A stretch of 64,000 nt of DNA from Paraspadella gotoi (lineage: Eukaryota > Animalia > Chaetognatha), in the NCBI GenBank assembly GCA_051294375.1, contig CM119265.1, positions 2,765,292 to 2,829,291 on the forward strand. The letters are read 5' to 3'. Below the pieces are notes generated by a model. It was not told the DNA's origin, ran no database searches, and saw only the letters and a list, made by a program, of their open reading frames with translations. The translations under genes and the position numbers were made by a program. Positions 57,821 to 64,000 of the stretch are shown here, piece after piece (position 1 is the first letter of the stretch; every line of letters begins with the position of its first letter).

Positions 57821-60800
57821 GAGAGAGAGAATTACGATAAATGAATCGTTTTTTATCTTTCTTCAATTAAAAAAAAATGACCAGCAGTATCTGAACACCC
57901 TATTCTTTTACCACTTTAATCTCTGACCACCCTCATCACTAACCACCCTCAAACACTAACCACCCTCAATCTTTAACCACACATTAATCACCACCTGTTC
58001 TCCAAGTAAAGATCCACCCCCAGGGGCAACGCCCCCACACCAAGGAGATTCGCGACGACGACGACGACTCGACGAAATCTCGTTCCCCAAATTCGAGCGA
58101 AGATTTTCTCGTTTCGAGTCACGTGAATCACGATGTAGACAGAAGAGAGGAGACTGTGATACAGGGTGATCGATAACAAGGCCGCGCCGATTCGCGATTC
58201 CAACACGTAACTGAGGGAAAAATTGTTTTGAAGGATGTGAAATGGTGTATCTGGCTTTCTGTCTCTTTCTTTCTATCTTTCTTTCTATCTTTATTTATGA
58301 CAATTAAATAAATTAAGAAAGAAAAAAAGTTTATTTTTCGTTACAAACGAGTTATGGTGGATTAAAATACACCCACCGTTCGTCAGCGGCCATTGGTGCC
58401 GGAGGCAAGTCATTTTCCTCCCAACCCAAATGTCCGGGGTTCTAGCCCGGTGGTCGCCTAACAATTTAGAGGGACGGGGCGCTTAACCCGCCTGTAACAT
58501 GGTGTTACAACCTGATCCTAAGCTCAGCTTATATTGAACTGTTCTCTCACTAACACATAACAATAATTACTGTCTCTTCAGAGTTTTATTTTGAAACGGA
58601 CATTCTTCTTCAGCGCTGAAGTAAACTCGAAAAAAAAAACGAAACATGTTGTAGTTTGTAAACAAAAATATACTTTTTTTTCTTTCTCGAAAAGTAAATA
58701 AAGGGATATTCTTCATAAAAAAATAACTTGTACCAATTTCCTACCTTCTGCTCAAAAAGTAAATCGCTGTCCGTAGATCCGTGGCGATGTCCAGAACGGA
58801 GAGGACCGACGTCGAAATCAGCATCAAAAGGGACGCGTCCATTTTTGTTAATTAATTATTATTGTTATTTTGTTTGTTTTTGTTTTGTTTTGTTTTGTTT
58901 TGTTTTGTTTTGTTTTGTTTTTGATTGTTATTTTCGGTCGTGAAATCGTAAGCGCAAGGATGGAGAGAATAGCAGAAGAGACGGCTACAGATAATGACGT
59001 AGATGACTGCAGATGGGGACAGCAGAAGGAGATGGTGAGAGATGAATCGAAAAAAATGTCGAATAAAAATTAAATGAGAAAACAGTGTGACAGAAAAAGT
59101 AGGATAACACCCGTCAATCAAAAAGTCACTGGGAAAGTAGGTACTTATTAAAAATGTTAGATGAATAATACATAATATTTAACTAATCAATACTTGAAAG
59201 AAAGAATGTTATTAAGCTCTATGGAAATATTAATAACTGTAATAAAAAAACGTTTTACGATCTAACTAACAACATCAAAATTTACAAAAAGTTTAAACCT
59301 TTGGTTAATGAATATTTTTTGTTGCGCCGCGAGCACTCTCGGCGCAACTCTATAAGTAACTTTTTGGTCGGTCCGTCGGTCGGTTGGTATGTCTGTATGT
59401 TGGTCTGTCCTATTTATATTAAAAATGCATATAATTTGCCTATAGTTGGTTGCTCATTTGTAAAGACAGGAAAAAACCTTAAATCTAAGTGACTGCAAGC
59501 GCCGCCTTCAGGAAATCCTCAAACCTTAAAGAATAAAAGATTGAATTTCGATGCAGTCCATGTCATAAATACACGGGATAAGAAATTTATCTTAGTTAAT
59601 ACTTGGCAGACTGGTAAGTCATTACTAAATGCTTTTGTGCATGTGTTTCAAACTTGTGTAGTCACGTGACCAGGCAAAACTACGGTCACATGATCACAAA
59701 GTAAATGCGGCATATTTCGTTTAAGGTCTGGTAGTTTAAAATGAAACTTTGCAAAGTAGTGATCAACCATAAGACGTTTGTTATAAATAAATATCATAGA
59801 CATGTAGTCATTTGATCACTAGGAAATACACGTGAAAAGTAAGTCACTGCGGCGCAACACATTTGATGGACCGATCTTGTTTACGAAAATATTTGTTTTA
59901 CCTATTTAAAAAAATTTCAGAAACACCACATTCATGTAAAAAGTTTGACATTTCCAAAACTTTTCCTCCAAAAAAGTAGGTCGTTTTTATGTCCGTTTGA
60001 TATGAAATAAAAATAATTTAATTATGGGAATGTACTCTTTTCTTCCATTTGTTTATATTCATTCCTTGTATTAGATATTCATTTTAAACGTTTCTCCATT
60101 TGATCTTCGTGTTGACGGTCATAGCATATGTTCACCCCGCTAGTAAGCACGACTCACCTTCAGTTGTGATCCGGTGGCTCATTGAGTAATACCATTAGGT
60201 ACCGGGATCGATCCCCAATGGCAGTGGATGTGGAAAACCATCAAGCCTAGTTCTAGAACCCTTTAAAGAGAGGGTTAAAGGAGTTGGGCATGGAACTCTG
60301 CATAAAGTCATATCCACACAAGAGATCGCGTATTGCAGACATGGAACGGGTCCTGGAAGCTTGGAAACAAGCTTGTTGCAATGGAACGGGTCCTGGTCTT
60401 TGAACCAAGCTTGGAAACAGGCTTGTTGCAATGGAACGGGTCCTGGTCTTTGAACCAAGCTTGGAAACAGGCTTGTTGCAATGCCCGACTACATTCATTC
60501 GTTTATTTCGTATCTTTCTTTCATTATAATATTTCCATTTATTTTCTCCATTTCCTCTCAACTGAACTACCCACTCATCAAACCACCCAACCCACCTTTT
60601 TAGTGGGAGACCCACAAGATCAAGAGCATCAAAGCGGGGACTTTGGAAAAGCTCGTCGAATCCCTCACCACGGACGTCAGCGGAGAAATGGACTCCACTT
60701 ACGTCAGCGTCTTCTTCGCCACCTATCGGTCGTTCGGGACGACGGCCGACATATTGGCGCTCATCATCGGCAGGTTGGTTAGAGAGGGGGAAGTGGTTGG

Positions 60801-61076
60801 AGTGCTTGCAAATATTGCTTGGGGAGAGGACTTTGATTGGTTTTGTGTTATCATTTCTTTCTAGTTTCTTTCTTTCCTTTCTTTTTCTCTTTTTCTCTTT
60901 CTTTCTTTCCTTCCTTCCTTCCTTCCTTCCTTCCTTCCTTCCTTCCTTCCTTCCTTCCTTCCTTCCTTTCTTTCTTTTTTTTTATCTTCTTTCTTTCTTT
61001 CTTTGTTTCTTTCCTTTCTTTTTCTCTTTTTCTCTTTTTCTTTCTTTCTTTCTATTTTTCTTTCTTTCTCTCTTTC

Positions 61077-61107
<31 letters not shown>

Positions 61108-61289
61108 TCCTTTCATCTCTCTTTCCTTTCTTTCTTTTCTTCCTTCCTTCCTTCCTTCCTTCCTTCCTTCCTTCCTTCCTTCATTCTCTCTTTCCTTTCT
61201 TTCTTTCTTTCTTTCCTTCCTTCCTTCCTTTCTTTCTTTCTTTCTTTCTTTTCTTTCTTTCTTTCTTTCTTTCTTTTCTTTCTTCCTTC

Positions 61290-61328
<39 letters not shown>

Positions 61329-61811
61329 TCCTTTTCTTCCTTCCTTCCTTCCTTCCTTCTCCTCTTCCTTTCTTTCTTTTCTTTCTTTCTTTCTTCTTCC
61401 TTCCTTCCTTCTCCTTTCCTTTCTTTCTTTCTTCTTTCTTTTCTTTCTTTCTTTCTTTCCTTTCTTTCCTTTTTTTATAACTTAACAATCCCACCTTGAT
61501 TAATTCCACTTTCCCGTCTCCGCTCAGGTTCAAGCAAGTCTGCAGCCCTGACGTCAGGATGAAACAAGATAAAAGAGAACAAAACATCAAGTTTGTCATT
61601 TTAATTTGTTTAAAACATAATAGATCAATTATATTTTCAAAAACTTTTAAACTTGGCACACAGATCTCTCGGCTCAATTCTTTCCGTTTGGCTCGACACT
61701 TATCCCGACGATTTTCGAAATCCGCCCGACTATCCGTGTTTGCGGTAAGGATTTGATTTCGGCTTTTCTTGATTGATTGATTGATTGATTGATCGACTTG
61801 ATTGATTGATA

Positions 61812-61854
<43 letters not shown>

Positions 61855-61884
61855 CTTGATTTATTTGATTGATTGATTGATTGA

Positions 61885-61958
<74 letters not shown>

Positions 61959-62099
61959 TGATTGATTGATTGATTGATTGATAAAATTTAATGATTAATT
62001 TATTTTATTGACTTGATCGATGATTTGATTGATTTATTGATTTATTGATTGATTGATAAAATTTATTGATTAATTGATTTTATTGACTTGATCGATGAT

Positions 62100-62149
<50 letters not shown>

Positions 62150-63420
62150 TCCTTCCATAGAATCCTCATCGAATTCGCCGAAGCCAATCTTCCTCACAGT
62201 CAACTCTCAACTCGCGCGACTCAAACTTTGAGAAGATTTCAAATCGAAGAAACGAGGCGAAGGAAAAACACTCAAAGTATGTTCATTCATTTTATTACTT
62301 AAATTATTTAATTTTTTTGTTCATTTATTAATAGTACTTGAAAAATTAAATTTAGTACGTCCAGTTTGTTCATGTAACAAATATCTGTTTCTCTGTTTAA
62401 TTGCTGAGACAATTTTAAGTCTTTGTTCTTTTTTTGTCAAGTCTCCATTTGATACTCATTTGCGTAAAATTATTCGTAGAAGCTGTGATATAAAATTACT
62501 CTTAAAATTGCATACTTACGACAATTCTTAAGAATTTTCGAAACCAATGAAATAAATCATTAACCTTCATTTCAATAAATAGCGAATAATCGAACTAATT
62601 ACAATATTCATTTCTGAGATAGTAAACTTAATTAGTTTTTTAGTAAAGTTATTAACGTGAACAACACCGATATGTTTCCTTTTCGCCGTAGATTCATAAT
62701 TCTCCCGCCGCAACCTTTTCTTCATACTTACCTGGCTCAGGGGATTCCTTGATCAACAAGGAGGTTCCCCCGGGGTGAGGCCTTTCCATTGCACTTCGGT
62801 TGGGCTGACCCTTGCGATTTCCCCAAATGTGGGAAACTCGGGAGCATAATTTGTGATAGTGGGGTCTGCGTTCGCGCTAACCCCATAACTAATACTGTTA
62901 TAGAAAAACTCTTAGCAATGTTCTGCCATTCGCTAAATTACTTGTTTCACTATTTTTAGTTATGGAGTATTTAATTTGGATTTTTCTCGCCATGTGTAAA
63001 TGAGGAATCCAACTCATTGATTTTACTTTATTAATTAATTACTATATTTGTTTATTTGTTTAATCTTGGAAACGCTTGAAATGGATACAACCATTATAGA
63101 ATTATTCATTCATTTAATAAATAAGCAATCTTTTCCCAGACTTAGAACAGGCTGCGTTGAGTTAAGGCTTTACTATCCTAAATCCATCCCTATAAATATG
63201 TTGATCTGATGTTTAACCTAATATTAACCCGTTTAACCTCATCATTACCCAGGTTCGTTAACGGACTCGGGAATCCCCAGCCCCAACAGCGACTGTCCCA
63301 TCACCCCGACGAGTTTCTCGTCCTCTCTTGATGTCACCGATGATTTCTCTCCCGCTACGACTCCCCTCACCCCGACTGGTAAGGTTAATGGGTTAATACA
63401 ATATGGTCAATACCAAATTC

Positions 63421-63457
<37 letters not shown>

Positions 63458-63563
63458 TCCAGGCTACGACGTCTCGTCGACGAGCCACTTGACCGCCTCA
63501 ACGACGACGACTTCGTCTTCTCGTCTTCCTTCAAGTTCAACTTCCTCTTCACTCTCGACTCAG
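53692..63563 (+). CDS. RGL1: Ral guanine nucleotide dissociation stimulator-like RasGEF (RalGDS/RGL), 5' part with REM domain; continues past window. Exons: (52371-52388 tentative start MDPSGD), 53692-53806, 54937-55034, 60604-60773, 61528-61590, 61664-61744, 62161-62276, 63253-63378, 63463-63563
   Basis: Phase-consistent exons give [79 protein letters not shown] and [11 protein letters not shown], which are RalGDS/RGL N-terminal and RasGEF_N motifs. Orthology to a particular vertebrate paralogue is not determinable. Confidence 0.9.
53807..54170 (+). repeat. Minisatellite (61-bp higher-order unit of ~27+34 bp) derived from the RGL exon end/donor
   Basis: GGTAAGTT recurs at 53861, 53922, 53983, 54044 and 54163. 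Confidence 0.85.
55330..58842 (-). CDS. XK-related (XKR) multipass membrane protein, 803 aa, nested antisense in an RGL intron. Exons: 58745-58842, 57995-58210, 57589-57700, 57294-57381, 55330-57227
   Basis: Five GT-AG exons total 2412 nt, ATG to stop in frame. XK-family motifs: [13 protein letters not shown] (DxxTD), [15 protein letters not shown] (ESxPQ) and [12 protein letters not shown]. The last exon is the 639-aa ORF. Confidence 0.8.
58386..58457 (+). mobile_element. tRNA-derived SINE head / tRNA pseudogene (Gly-like) in XKR intron 1
   Basis: 72 nt; acceptor stem GCGGCCA/TGGTCGC; T-arm CCGGG-GTTCTAG-CCCGG; CTCCCAA loop, but the anticodon stem is unpaired. Confidence 0.5.
59321..59880 (+). 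mobile_element. HINE/DINE-1-like element family B (~560 bp)
   Basis: T-run then GTTGCGCCGC...CGGCGCAACTCTATA, a GTCG/GTCC microsatellite, and 3' GCGGCGCAAC at 59849-59858 followed by a tail and T-run; same architecture as family A. Confidence 0.65.
60113..60490. mobile_element. Related MITE copy with an internal ~50-bp tandem repeat (60340-60483)
   Basis: 60130-60210 matches the reverse complement of 51125-51222; ends GCAATGCCCGACTA; shares ATGGAACGGGTCCTGG..TTTGAACCA. Confidence 0.6.
60850..61478. repeat. Polypyrimidine (TTTC/TTCC)n microsatellite filling an RGL intron; a (GATT)n tract fills 61768-62150
   Basis: Direct inspection. Confidence 0.9.
62724..62885 (+). ncRNA. RNU1: U1 spliceosomal snRNA
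   Basis: Starts ATACTTACCTGG; SL1 loop GATCAACAAG; U1A loop ATTGCAC; Sm site AATTTGTG; terminal GGGG-TCTGCG-TTCG-CGC-TAA-CCCC stem-loop; ~162 nt. Confidence 0.96.
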
Positions 63564-64000
63564 GTGCCTTCGACTCTCTAAGCGAATCTTTGGGGGTTTT
63601 CATTTTTTTAAATTGGCCCTATTTTTCGTAAAAATTAGGTAAAGGGTTAAGGATAGGGATTAGGTTAAGTTAATATTGAGACTTAGGTTAGTTATTTAGT
63701 TAAAGATTTTGGTTAGGGCTAAGGGTTAGATTTTAAGTTGAAGTATTTGGTTAGAGATTAAAGTTAAATATAATTTTTATTATTAAAATCAAGTAAAGAG
63801 ATTCGGAACAGAAAATAGGGCGGTATCGAAAAAAAGAGTGCCATCAAATTTACTAGATTTAATCTATACTTGGTATATATAAGATTAATTAAAAACCAAA
63901 TCGGTTAAAAAATTCTATATTTTTTTTCCAAGTCTCTTGTTCATCCAATTTTATATCATTTTGTAATCATTGCATTTATCTTGTTCAATCTTTGCTTCGT

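Noticed and set aside
60797-61677. Long F/L/S or K/E/R ORFs here and throughout the window (e.g. 24871-25334, 47143-49039, 52978-53626)
   Set aside because: Stop-free microsatellite or minisatellite translations inside introns.

Overview
AT-rich, microsatellite-laden, intron-rich animal (invertebrate-type) genomic DNA from an error-prone, gap-filled assembly. Almost all listed ORFs are microsatellite artefacts. Manual exon splicing recovers four protein genes. (1) A minus-strand 7-dehydrocholesterol/sterol delta-7 reductase of the plant DWF5-like type at ~14.9-24.4 kb; its 3' exons are missing, and noisy duplicate copies lie in 1-20 kb. (2) A plus-strand synaptotagmin-15-like gene at ~34.5-51.7 kb, with a GC-AG intron. 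(3) The 5' part of a plus-strand RalGDS/RGL-type RasGEF gene, from 53.7 kb to beyond the window end. (4) An unusually long (803 aa) XK-related membrane protein gene nested antisense in an RGL intron. A U1 snRNA gene lies in another RGL intron. Repeats include three Helentron/DINE-1-like (HINE) non-autonomous families, one of them seen with both filled and empty site, plus a hAT-like MITE family carrying a tRNA-like segment, a tRNA-derived SINE head, and tandem arrays seeded on splice junctions. The kb-scale foldbacks centred on 25-N gaps or (GA)n tracts and the degraded copies at 6-15 kb are most likely assembly/read artefacts. No clearly new multi-gene system is evident. The best leads are the enlarged nested XKR, the plant-type reductase and the splice-site-seeded repeats.
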